Assembly (NCBI GenBank): GCA_963845245.1
Contig: CAWJRJ010000020.1
Span: 32,001-96,000 of the forward strand
DNA: 64,000 nt
Direction: 5' to 3'
From: Nitrospirota bacterium
Lineage (GTDB): Bacteria; Nitrospirota; JACRHJ01
The position numbers and the translations under genes are program-made. Numbering within the stretch: position 1 is the stretch's first letter; each line of letters begins with the position of its first letter. The notes beneath the pieces were generated by a model. That model did not search any database. It saw only the letters and a list, made by a program, of their open reading frames with translations, and was not told the origin of the DNA. Positions 32,438-41,865 of this stretch are shown here, piece after piece.

Positions 32438-33816
32438 GGTTGCCTGCCTGCTTTTTATAGCGGCGGTTACGACCCCGGCAGCGTCTTATGCGCGGCCCCC
32501 GGACCTGACGATATTTTTTTCGAGCGACACCCGTGGTCTGCTTAGAAGGTGCGGCTGCTCCGAAGGCCAGATGGGCGGGCTGTCGGCGCGGGCCGCATAC
32601 ATAAAGAAAAATTGGGTCGCCGGAAAAACACTCGTGCTTGACGCCGGTGATACCTTTTTCGACGGGTTGGACGTCCAGGCCGGCCTGTCTGATTTTTATT
32701 CGTTGAAGGGCCGTGCTATACTTGATTCCATGCGGCAGGCGGGTTACTCCGCGGCTGCCGTCGGCGAATATGACCTGGCGTTGGGGACCGGTTTTCTGGA
32801 CAGGCTCTCCACGACAAGCGCTTTTCCATTCCTGTCGGCCAACATAAAGGCCGCCGGGAGCAACAAAAATGTTTTTAGCCCTGGCCTGATAAAGTCTGTC
32901 GGTGGAGTCAAGGTCGCGATAACGGCAGTATTGGACGACGAGTTCCCGTACGGGAGCTTTAAGGGCCGGTTCAAGGAAATTACTGTAACCGACCCGGCCG
33001 CAGCCGCAAAGGTGTTTCTGGGGAAAAGGGGTAACGGAGTAACCCTCAATATAATACTCGCGCACTTAAGCGTTAAGGATTTGCATAAATTTTCCAAATC
33101 CGTGCCCGAGGCTGATATAATAATCGCAGGTCACAGCCAGGATATACTGGAAAAGCCCGAGAAAGAGGGCAACACCATCATAGTCAAGGGCTTCTATAGG
33201 GGCAAACAGATGGGACGCCTCGACCTGTGGCTGAACCGCGACAGACAGGGCAAATTAAAAGCAAAGAAGATCAGTGATTTCAAGTACCAGTTGATAGGCC
33301 TCGACGAGTCACTGCCTCCTGACCCTGATAGTTGAAAAAATAATAGCAAGGTACAGGGAGAACCTGAAGGCCAGGGATTACAGGCCAGCCTGCGCGGAAC
33401 AGGAGGGTGCCGGTACATACGCCGGGGCGTCCAGATGCCGGGCCTGCCACGAAAAGGCATATGTAAACTGGTCTTCTACCGCCCATGCGAGGGCGTATGC
33501 GACGCTGGTAAAGACTGGGGATCAGTACGACCCTGAATGTCTGTCATGCCATACTACCGGATATGGTTACAAGTCCGGGTACAGCTGCGGGAATGACAAA
33601 ATGAAAAACGTCGCCTGTGAAGACTGCCATGGCAAGGGCTCCGGGCATGCCGAGGCAATGGCCAAAGGCGGTTTGGATAATGGTATTATGAAGAAAGAAG
33701 TCGACGAAATAGTGTGTCTAGGCTGCCACGATAACTACAACAGCCCGAATTTCGAGTATGATAAATACATGGAAATGGGCGGCGCGCACATGGGCGCATT
33801 GCCAACATCGCGTTAG
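32403..33816 (+). CDS. Exported 5'-nucleotidase/UshA-like domain fused to tetraheme cytochrome c (apparent frameshift near 33328)
   Basis: SDTRG..RCGC..MGGL..RA, LDAGD, VGEYD, FPFLSAN, IIAGH; frame from 33331 has CRACH, CLSCH, CEDCH, CLGCH. Confidence 0.75.
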
Positions 33817-33828
33817 CAGGAGACAATC

Positions 33829-34635
33829 TTGGACTTAAAGAAAAACCTGATCACCTTAACCACCGACTTCGGAAACAAAGACTATTTCACTGGGTCGATG
33901 AAGGGCGTCATACTCGGGATCAACCCGGACGCGAAGTTCGTGGATATATCGCACGAGGTGCAGTCACACGACCTGTGGGGTGCGTCATACCTTCTTGACG
34001 CCGCATCGAGGTTCTTTCCTCAATACACCATCCATGTCGCGGTGGTGGACCCTGGCGTCGGGAGCGAGAGGCGTCCGATCATCGCGGTCACGGACAAACA
34101 TTATTTCATCGCACCCGACAATGGTCTGCTTTCATTCATATACAAAGACCCGGGATTTTCGCGCGTCATACACATAACCGCTGACCACTACTTCCTGCCG
34201 GTGATAGGTTCCACATTTCACGCCCGCGACATCTTTGCGCCTGTCGCCGCCTGGCTGTCAAAAGGGGTGGAAGCAGACAAGTTCGGGGAAGAGATAACGG
34301 ATTTCAACCGCTTTGGCATACCCTCGCCCAGAACCGAGAGCAACTCCCTCACCGGAGAAGTGGTATACATAGACAAGTTCGGCAACTGTATTACGAACAT
34401 AGCTTTTGAGGACATCAGGCAGTTTGTCGAAAAAACCGGGACCGAGACGTACCGGATGACGTTCAAAGAAAAAGTTGTGGAATCGCTTTCACCTTATTAC
34501 TCCTCCCTGAAAAAGGGTGAGTCCGGCATTGTCGTGAACGGCAATGGTTACCTTGAGATCTATGTGAACCAGGGTGACGCAAGGCGGATGCTCGAACTTA
34601 AAAGGGGAGAAAAAATACAGGTTAATTTCGGATAA
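33829..34635 (+). CDS. SAM-dependent chlorinase/fluorinase family (DUF62, SAM hydroxide adenosyltransferase)
   Basis: ITLTTDFG, VVDPGVGSERR, APDNGLL, STFHARDIFAP, IDKFGN. Confidence 0.92.
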   Translation: MDLKKNLITLTTDFGNKDYFTGSMKGVILGINPDAKFVDISHEVQSHDLWGASYLLDAASRFFPQYTIHVAVVDPGVGSERRPIIAVTDKHYFIAPDNGLLSFIYKDPGFSRVIHITADHYFLPVIGSTFHARDIFAPVAAWLSKGVEADKFGEEITDFNRFGIPSPRTESNSLTGEVVYIDKFGNCITNIAFEDIRQFVEKTGTETYRMTFKEKVVESLSPYYSSLKKGESGIVVNGNGYLEIYVNQGDARRMLELKRGEKIQVNFG

Positions 34636-34660
34636 AATACCCCCGACCGGAGGCCACACC

Positions 34661-35029
34661 ATGGCAGCAAAAAAGATTTTGGTTGTAGACGACGAAATGC
34701 ACATCCTGAGGATAGTCAAGTACAAGCTGGAATCTGCAGGCTACCAGGTGCTCACCGCGTTGAACGGGACCGAAGCGCTCCAGATCGCAAGGGATGAGAA
34801 ACCCTCCCTGATATTCCTCGACATCATGATGCCGGGAATTAACGGATATGAGGTTTGTTCCGAACTGAAAAACGACCCGGCCACCCGCGACATCATTATC
34901 ATTATGCTTACCGCAAAGGGGCAGGAGTCGGACAAGATAAAGGGGCTTGAGGTGGGAGTGGACGAGTATATCACAAAGCCGTTCAGCCCACAGGACCTCC
35001 TTGACAGGACGAAGGACCTGCTTGGCTGA
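34661..35029 (+). CDS. Single-domain response regulator receiver protein
   Basis: ILVVDDE, LDIMMP, MLTAK, KPF; GGAGG SD. Confidence 0.92.
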   Translation: MAAKKILVVDDEMHILRIVKYKLESAGYQVLTALNGTEALQIARDEKPSLIFLDIMMPGINGYEVCSELKNDPATRDIIIIMLTAKGQESDKIKGLEVGVDEYITKPFSPQDLLDRTKDLLG

Positions 35030-35036
35030 TTTTGCA

Positions 35037-36362
35037 ATGAGAAGTTACAAGATACTGACCTTTGGCTGCCAGATGAACGAGCACGACACCGAGAAGATGT
35101 CAGGGCTGCTTCGCGGCGAAGGTTTCAGGCAGGCAGACTCCCTTGAGGAAGCGGACCTTGTCCTGCTTAACACCTGCAGCATAAGGGAGAAGGCCGAGCA
35201 GAAGTTTTACAGCGAGTTAGGCAAGCTCAGGGAACTGAAGAAGGAAAACCCCTCCCTGATGATAGCGGTATCCGGCTGCATCGCGCAGCAGGAAGGCGCA
35301 AAGATACTAAAGAAGGCCCCGTTCGTCGACCTCGTCTTCGGAAACCAGAACCTCAAAGACCTCCCCGGACTCATCACACAGAGACAAAACGGAATACGTC
35401 TCGCAAGCACAGAGTTTACAGACGGCTACGAGCATTCGGCCCTTCCTGAAAGCAGGCTTGACGGCGTTTCGGCATTCGTCAACATCATGTACGGATGCGA
35501 CAACTTCTGCAGCTATTGCGTGGTGCCATATGTGCGCGGGCGCGAGCGTAGCAGGAAAGCGGAAGACATATTATCTGAAATACGCGGCCTCGTCGGGAAG
35601 GGGTGCCGAGAGGTGACGCTGCTTGGCCAGAACGTGAACTCCTATGGCAAGGGACTTCCCGGTGCAGACGCGTGCAGCTTCCCCGAGTTGCTTGAAAAAG
35701 TAAACGCTATAGACGGGCTCTTGCGTGTAAGGTTTGTCACGTCGCACCCGAAAGACCTATCCGACGAACTGGTAGCTACAATGGCATCACTCCCCAAGGT
35801 CTGTGAGAACATCCACCTCCCGATTCAGTCGGCCTCGGACAGCGTTCTGAAGGCCATGAACCGCAAATACACCTTCGCATCATACATGGAAAAGCTTGGC
35901 AAGCTCAAGGCGGCCATGCCGGACATCTCGCTTTCGACGGATATCATAGTTGGTTTCCCCGGCGAGACGGACGAGGAATATCAACAGACGTACAAGGCGC
36001 TTGAAGACATAGGTTATGACAGCATATTCTCTTTCAAATATTCCAAGAGGCCCAATACCGCGGCCCTTAAGCTGATAGATCATGTTCCCGAGGATATCAA
36101 GGCGGAGCGTCTGGAAACCGTGATACAGCTCCAGAACCGGATCACCGTTGAGAAGAACCTTTCGAGAGTGGGGAAGGTCGAAGAGGTATTGGTGGAAGGG
36201 CCGGACAAGTCCGGTCTGCCGGGGCGCGTTAGCGGCAAGAGCAGGGGCGGAAAAATAGTTAACTTCGAAGGCGACACGTCACTTGTTGGCAGCCTTGTGA
36301 AAGTTAAGATTACCGAAGGCAAAAAGCACTCGCTGATAGGGGAGCTAATTACTTCAACTTAG
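35037..36362 (+). CDS. miaB: tRNA-2-methylthio-N6-dimethylallyladenosine synthase
   Basis: TFGCQMN, NTCSIREKAE, GCDNFCSYC, LLGQNVNSY, C-terminal TRAM domain. Confidence 0.95.
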   Translation: MRSYKILTFGCQMNEHDTEKMSGLLRGEGFRQADSLEEADLVLLNTCSIREKAEQKFYSELGKLRELKKENPSLMIAVSGCIAQQEGAKILKKAPFVDLVFGNQNLKDLPGLITQRQNGIRLASTEFTDGYEHSALPESRLDGVSAFVNIMYGCDNFCSYCVVPYVRGRERSRKAEDILSEIRGLVGKGCREVTLLGQNVNSYGKGLPGADACSFPELLEKVNAIDGLLRVRFVTSHPKDLSDELVATMASLPKVCENIHLPIQSASDSVLKAMNRKYTFASYMEKLGKLKAAMPDISLSTDIIVGFPGETDEEYQQTYKALEDIGYDSIFSFKYSKRPNTAALKLIDHVPEDIKAERLETVIQLQNRITVEKNLSRVGKVEEVLVEGPDKSGLPGRVSGKSRGGKIVNFEGDTSLVGSLVKVKITEGKKHSLIGELITST

Positions 36363-36372
36363 GGGGCCTTCA

Positions 36373-37377
36373 GTGAAAATCATTAGAAGCTCTTTTATCA
36401 TTTTTATTTTCTTGATTATCGCATCCCCATGTTTTGCCAAAGTTACCGGGTCTATATTATTTGTTCGCGACGGGGACTTATGGAAATACAGTTGTAAAAG
36501 TAAAAAGGAAGTGCTGTTTATAAAGAAAGCTACAAAGCCAGCCTGTTCCAGGGACGGAAAGAAACTCGCGTTTGTTAGGGACGGCAATATCTGGACTTCC
36601 GACATTACCGGGGAAAATCAGAAAGAAATATCAACGTTCAAGACTGATAATGATTTAGATTCTTTGGAATGGTTCCCTTCTGGCGATAAAATATTATTCT
36701 CCCGCTCCGAAGAATACCAAATAAGTTATACAGGCGACGACCGAAAGCTAAACTGGCCTCCAAATGAAATTGAAGGAAGGTCAAGCGGGCTCGTGACCCG
36801 GAGTATATGGATACTCTCGCTGAATGACCGCTCAATTATTAAATTTATAGGCCATACACCCGGTAGCATGTTTGATAGTATTAAGTTTACCGAGGTCGAT
36901 TCACCAAAATGGCATCCCGATCCAAAGAAGATGCTGCTGATTTTCGCACGGGGTGGCGATATATGGAGTGCCTCAATGGGAACAGATGGCTTGGTCGAGT
37001 TGGATAAAGAAGAGCGTAGGCTGGCTCCTGTTGCCACACTTTACGACCATTATGGAGCCTCCCCTGCAACCTATGTTGCAGACCATCTGTCATGGTCCCC
37101 AAAGGGGAAATGGATTCTTTATGAAATTCATAGGCATAATGGAAGTGGTACAGGAGATATATACGAGCTTTCAGCAAACGGAAAAATAAATAGAAAACTG
37201 TATTCAACAGATAATGATTGTTATCCTGTTTACTCTCCGGATGGGGAACAGATTGCTTTTATAGATAATAACAACGGCGGTAATCTCTGTATCATTGACA
37301 GGAAAAAACATAAACTGAAGTTGCTACATAATTTAATAATTGGTATAGACCGCTTCATATGGCTCAAAGGCAATTAG
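36373..37377 (+). CDS. Exported TolB/PD40-like beta-propeller protein, AT-rich
   Basis: Signal peptide; repeats SRDGKKLAF, WFPSGDKILF, WSPKGKWILY, YSPDGEQIAF. Confidence 0.75.
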   Translation: MKIIRSSFIIFIFLIIASPCFAKVTGSILFVRDGDLWKYSCKSKKEVLFIKKATKPACSRDGKKLAFVRDGNIWTSDITGENQKEISTFKTDNDLDSLEWFPSGDKILFSRSEEYQISYTGDDRKLNWPPNEIEGRSSGLVTRSIWILSLNDRSIIKFIGHTPGSMFDSIKFTEVDSPKWHPDPKKMLLIFARGGDIWSASMGTDGLVELDKEERRLAPVATLYDHYGASPATYVADHLSWSPKGKWILYEIHRHNGSGTGDIYELSANGKINRKLYSTDNDCYPVYSPDGEQIAFIDNNNGGNLCIIDRKKHKLKLLHNLIIGIDRFIWLKGN

Positions 37378-37381
37378 AAGA

Positions 37382-38631
37382 ATGAAGGTTTCCATACAAA
37401 GCCTCGGCTGCAAGATAAACCAGTTCGACTCCGGCGCGCTAAAGGAACGGCTTCTCTCAGGCGGCGCGTGCATTGCATCCGACGGCGAACAGCCGGACGT
37501 AAGCGTGATATTCACCTGCACCGTCACGAACAAGAGCGACTACCAGTGCAGGCAGGTTATTAGAAAGGCTGTACAGAACAAGCCGGAAGGCGGACGCGTG
37601 GTAGTTGCGGGCTGTTATGCGCAGACGAACCCGGACGAGATCGCTAAGATACCCGGCGTGGACATTGTGGTCGGAAACGACGGCAAGGACACGCTGCACG
37701 AGATTATACTGGGCAGTATCGGCAAGGGTTCGGACGAGGCCTTCTCCGCACAGGCGCTCGATGGCCGCTCCCGGGCATTCCTAAAGGTGCAGGAGGGATG
37801 CGAATCTTTTTGCAGCTACTGCATAGTGCCGTATGCTCGTGGCAAGTCCCGAAGCGCGGGCATGGACGACATAATCGGGCATGCCGACCGGCTGATAGAA
37901 CGCGGTTACCACGAGATAGTCCTGACCGGCGTACATCTGGGTATGTACGGCAAGGAAAGAGGGGAGACCCTGTCCGGTCTGGTGAGCAGAATGCTTGAAC
38001 GGCCCGGCCTCGGCCGCCTGAGGCTCAGCTCCATCGAACCGATGGAGATAGACGAGGCGCTGATGGAGCTGATGGGTTCGGAGAAGCTTTGCAGGCACTT
38101 CCACATTCCGCTCCAGAGCGGCACGGACTCCGTTCTTGAATCCATGGGGCGCGGCTATTCGGCAGTACAATATTTTGGTCTTATAGAGAAGATTGCGGCG
38201 AAGGTCCCCGGCGCATGCATCGGTGCGGACGTGATAGTCGGCTACCCGGTCGAGGACGAGGCCGCTTTCAATGAGACATACGAGCGGATTAAAGACTCCC
38301 CGCTCAACCACCTGCATGTCTTCTCTTACTCGCCCAGGACCGGCACGCGCGCCTTTGCTTTCGGCGACCCGATAAAGGGAGATATAAAGAAACAGCGAGC
38401 CGGGCGCTTCGTGAGCTTGCCGCTTCGAAGAACCTGGAGTTCAGAAAAGGGTTCCTCGGCAAGGTCATGCCGGTGGTGGTGGAAGAGGAAGAGTGTGACG
38501 GAACGGCGTCCGGGCTATCGGACAATTATATAAGGGTGAATTTTGGTGCGGATGGGTTGAGGCGCAAGTCAGCCGTACTGGTGAAGATCAACGAAATAAC
38601 TGACGGCATATGCAAAGGTTCGGTGGTGTAA
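37382..38631 (+). CDS. mtaB: tRNA t6A methylthiotransferase (apparent frameshift near 38400)
   Basis: LGCKINQFDS, FTCTVT, RAFLKVQEGCESFCSYC, LSSIEP, LHVFSYS; tail in another frame ending at TAA 38631. Confidence 0.9.
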
Positions 38632-39636
38632 TGACAAAGGCTTTGGCTCTTTTTTCAGGCGGGCTTGACAGCATGCTGGCCGCGAGGCTGGTGATGGAGC
38701 AGGGTGTGGATGTGACCGCCCTCAATTTTATAAGCCCGTTCTTTGGTGTAGGGAAAAAGGGACGCGAGGACGAGGCAGCCGCAGACTTTTTCAGGAAGTA
38801 CGGCATAAAGAGCCTGGTTATAGACATTTCCGATGAATATGTGGAGATGATCAGGAACCCGCGTTACGGGTACGGGAAGAACTTCAACCCCTGCATAGAC
38901 TGCAAGATATTCATGATGAAGAAGGCAAAGACCATCATGCAGGAGGAGGGCTACGACTTCATAGTGTCGGGCGAGGTGCTGGGCCAGAGGCCCATGTCGC
39001 AGAGACGGGACGCCCTGCGGATAATCGAACGGGACTCCGGGCTTGACAATTATCTCCTGAGGCCGCTTTGCGCAAAGCTTCTGAAGCCCACACACCCCGA
39101 GGAGCACGGACTGATCGACCGGGAAAAGCTTATGGACATCTCGGGCCGTGCCCGCCGGAGGCAGATGGAGCTTGCGGAGCATTTTGGTATATCGGATTAC
39201 GAGACACCCTGCGGGCGGTTGCCTTCTGACCGACCCGATAATATCCGTAAGGATAGAGAAGCTTTTGAAGCAGAACAAAGAGGTGGAACCCGAAGACGTG
39301 AGGCTGCTTGCGGTAGGCAGGCATTTTACACTTCCCGGCGGAATGCTCTACGTCGGGCGGAACATCGAGGACAACAGGCGGATATCCGAACTTGTAAGGG
39401 ACGGAGACTATACCCTTAAGGCCATGGTTGTGCCCGGACCTCTTGTACTTTACAGGGGCGTGCCGGATGTCGGCGGACCTTGAACTTGCCGCGCGCATCG
39501 CTGCACGCTACTCCGATGCCAAGACGCTGAAGTCTGTAAAGGTGTAGCGTTCGCGTTAAAGATGGGGACGAGAAAATTGTGGACGTAAATCCGATTGACG
39601 GATGTGGAACTCGAACCGATGCGGACAATATATTAG
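38631..39636 (+). CDS. ThiI/MnmA-like PP-loop tRNA sulfurtransferase family protein (several apparent frameshifts; end approximate)
   Basis: ALFSGGLDS, NPCIDCKI, GEVLGQRPMSQ, PAGGCLL. Confidence 0.75.
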
Positions 39637-39665
39637 TTGAATAATTCAGGAATATTGGATATAGT
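39637..39665 (+). promoter_or_regulatory. sigma70-type promoter for dodecin
   Basis: TTGAAT-17 nt-TATAGT. Confidence 0.55.
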
Positions 39666-39708
39666 TTAAATACATTTCAGCGGTTTAACCTTTAACCAGG
39701 AGGGTATT

Positions 39709-39909
39709 ATGGCCGTAGCAAAGGTATTAGAGATAGTAGCCTCATCTACCAAAAGCTGGGACGACGCCGTAAAGCAGGGACTGGAAAGGGCCAACAAGAC
39801 GCTAAAAGGCATAACCGGCCTTGAGATACTCTCCAAAAAGGCAAAAATCGAAAAAGGGAAGATTCTTGAATACAGGGTACACCTCGGCATAACTTTTATA
39901 CTGGAGTAA
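39709..39909 (+). CDS. Dodecin family flavin-binding protein
   Basis: VAKVLEIVASSTKSWDDAV...YRVHLGITF; 66 aa. Confidence 0.9.
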   Translation: MAVAKVLEIVASSTKSWDDAVKQGLERANKTLKGITGLEILSKKAKIEKGKILEYRVHLGITFILE

Positions 39910-39910
39910 C

Positions 39911-40594
39911 ATGTCTATTAGAACTTTGGTATTTACTATTTTTGCAGTATTCCTTCTTGCCGCATCCGGCTGTTCTTCCACCAGGATGAACCTCGCATAT
40001 GACGCATCTCGTGGTGAGGTAAAAAGGATATCAAGGCCGGTTACCGCCACGCTCATTCCTGTTGTTGATGCCCGTGAAGGCATCAAGACTTACCCAAAAC
40101 AGGTGATAGTGCAAAAGTCTTATGGAGGAGACCTGACCTATGAGATCAACGACAGGACCGTGGACGACGTCTTTACTGATGCCTTGACGCAGGAGCTGAA
40201 AAGAATGGGACTTGACGTTGTTTCCGCGCCCGGCATAGCTGGCCCGCTTGACAGGGATTCAGCCGATAATGTCAGGAAACAGCTCATTTCCAGGTATCCG
40301 GATGTCAGGCTAGCCTTTGGAGCGAAAATTACAGACTTCATTGCCGAATCCAAGAGGGAGGTTGTTACCACAGATGTTGACCTTAAAGCTGCGCTTCAGT
40401 TTTATATCCTTGATGTAAAGACAGGAGAGCTGCTATGGTCTGACTCCAGGTCGGATTGGAGCAATACTGTGGCTTCCGCAGACCGCGACTACATGGTGGA
40501 GCAACTAAATCAGGCCCTCTCAAGCCTGATTCACAAAACAGTCCGGGATAATGCGTCCCTTCGCGAACTCCTTGTAAAGATTTCAAACCGTTAG
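39911..40594 (+). CDS. Lipoprotein (possibly YajG-like)
   Basis: Lipobox LAASGC; VVDARE motif. Confidence 0.65.
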   Translation: MSIRTLVFTIFAVFLLAASGCSSTRMNLAYDASRGEVKRISRPVTATLIPVVDAREGIKTYPKQVIVQKSYGGDLTYEINDRTVDDVFTDALTQELKRMGLDVVSAPGIAGPLDRDSADNVRKQLISRYPDVRLAFGAKITDFIAESKREVVTTDVDLKAALQFYILDVKTGELLWSDSRSDWSNTVASADRDYMVEQLNQALSSLIHKTVRDNASLRELLVKISNR

Positions 40595-40655
40595 TGGTCC
40601 AAGTTCCTCAATTGTCATAATATTGACGAAATTCCCTATACGACAAATTTAATAA

Positions 40656-40688
40656 GAAAAAGCTGCCTAATACTTAGGCAGCTTTTTC
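40656..40688. terminator. Bidirectional intrinsic terminator between convergent gene blocks
   Basis: Perfect 15-bp inverted repeat GAAAAAGCTGCCTAA-TAC-TTAGGCAGCTTTTTC. Confidence 0.9.
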
Positions 40689-40717
40689 CGGTTGTTATCA
40701 CAATAGGGGTTTCGGTA

Positions 40718-40782
40718 GAATTAACAGGGTTACGCACAGGTTTTCCACAAAAAATGTGGATTGGTGTGCTAACTTGTCGATA
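40718..40782. promoter_or_regulatory. DnaA-box cluster with adjacent IHF-like site
   Basis: TTACGCACA 40730-38, TTTTCCACA 40741-49, opposed TGTGGATTG 40755-63; TATCGACAAGTTA (minus, 40770-82) has 1 mismatch to WATCAANNNNTTR. Confidence 0.6.
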
Positions 40783-40806
40783 TATTAAAGGTTTTTGATA
40801 TTAATT

Positions 40807-41865
40807 TCAAAAAGCCTTAATAATTGTATATTTAGTGTCTCGCTGAGCGGGGGTAAATCCGGCATCTTTTATCAAAAAAATGATATCTTCAAGCTCCATA
40901 CTGTTTTTTACGCCTGTTGCAGCCACAACGTTTTCTTCGAGCATTGTACTCCCGAAATCGTTTGCTCCGAACCTTAAAGAGACCTGGGCAAGTGCTGAAC
41001 CTTGCGTAACCCATGATGCTTGAATGTTTTGGAAATTATCAAGAAATATTCTTGAGAAAGCAAGCACGCGAAGGTATTCAAGCCCCGTTGCAGTCTCGCC
41101 ACCCAGTTCGGTGTTCCCGGGCTGGTAGGTCCACGGGATGAAGGCGGTAAAGCCATGGTGGACGTCCTGTATTCCGCGAAGGCGGTATAGGTGCTCTACT
41201 ATATCCTTCTGGGTTTCAATGCTGCCGAACATCATCGTCGCCGTGGTGGGCATCCCCAGTTCCTGGGCAAGCAGCATTACCTCTTTCCAACCCTCGTAGC
41301 CTATCTTTTTGGGGCTTACCGAGCCACGTACGTTGTCAACCAGGATCTCGGCTCCGCCACCCGGAATGGAGTCTAGCCCGCTTGCCATAAGGCGTTCGAG
41401 CGTGTTTCTGAGGCCCAGGCCCGAAACAGTTGAAATATGTTTGACCTCGGCCGGCGAGAGGCCGTGGATATTAATCCTGAACTTCTTTTTAATGCCCGAG
41501 AAGAGTTTCTCGTAGTATTCTATGCCTAGTCCGGGATGCAGGCCACCCTGTATTAGTATCTGCGTGCCACCGAGTTCCAGGGTTTCGCGTATCTTTTTGT
41601 GGATCTCCTTATCAGGAAGGAGATAGGCCTCCGGGTCGTCCTCTTTGCGGTAAAAGGCGCAGAACTTACACTGGTTGATGCATATGTTGGTGTAGTTGAT
41701 ATTTCGGTCAACCACGAATGTGACGACCTTTTCAGGATGGAGTCTGCTCCTGAACTCATCTGCCGCCCTGCCCAGGGACAGGATGTCTGCTTCCGAGAAC
41801 AGCTTCAGGCCTTCTACTTTGGTAAGGCGCTTTCCCTGTTGAACCTTTTTAAATATCTCTTTCAA
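40807..41865 (-). CDS. mqnC: Cyclic dehypoxanthine futalosine synthase
   Basis: VVDRNINYTNICINQCKFCAF, QGGLHP, SIPGGGAEIL, QASWVTQG, ANDFGSTMLEENVV. Confidence 0.92.
   Translation of the reverse strand: MKEIFKKVQQGKRLTKVEGLKLFSEADILSLGRAADEFRSRLHPEKVVTFVVDRNINYTNICINQCKFCAFYRKEDDPEAYLLPDKEIHKKIRETLELGGTQILIQGGLHPGLGIEYYEKLFSGIKKKFRINIHGLSPAEVKHISTVSGLGLRNTLERLMASGLDSIPGGGAEILVDNVRGSVSPKKIGYEGWKEVMLLAQELGMPTTATMMFGSIETQKDIVEHLYRLRGIQDVHHGFTAFIPWTYQPGNTELGGETATGLEYLRVLAFSRIFLDNFQNIQASWVTQGSALAQVSLRFGANDFGSTMLEENVVAATGVKNSMELEDIIFLIKDAGFTPAQRDTKYTIIKAF

Noticed and set aside
32540..33335. Selenocysteine recoding in the UshA-like protein
   Set aside because: The CGC motif uses TGC codons; the TGA at 33333 is followed by an in-frame TAA two codons later and the protein continues in a different frame
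40611..40688. Possible small RNA ending at the bidirectional terminator
   Set aside because: Only imperfect palindromes and no well-spaced promoter; the terminator is explained by the convergent genes
40595..40806. oriC at the DnaA-box cluster
   Set aside because: Few boxes, no dnaA/dnaN/gidA/parAB context, flanking genes converge and dif is 3.4 kb away; kept instead as a DARS/datA-like candidate
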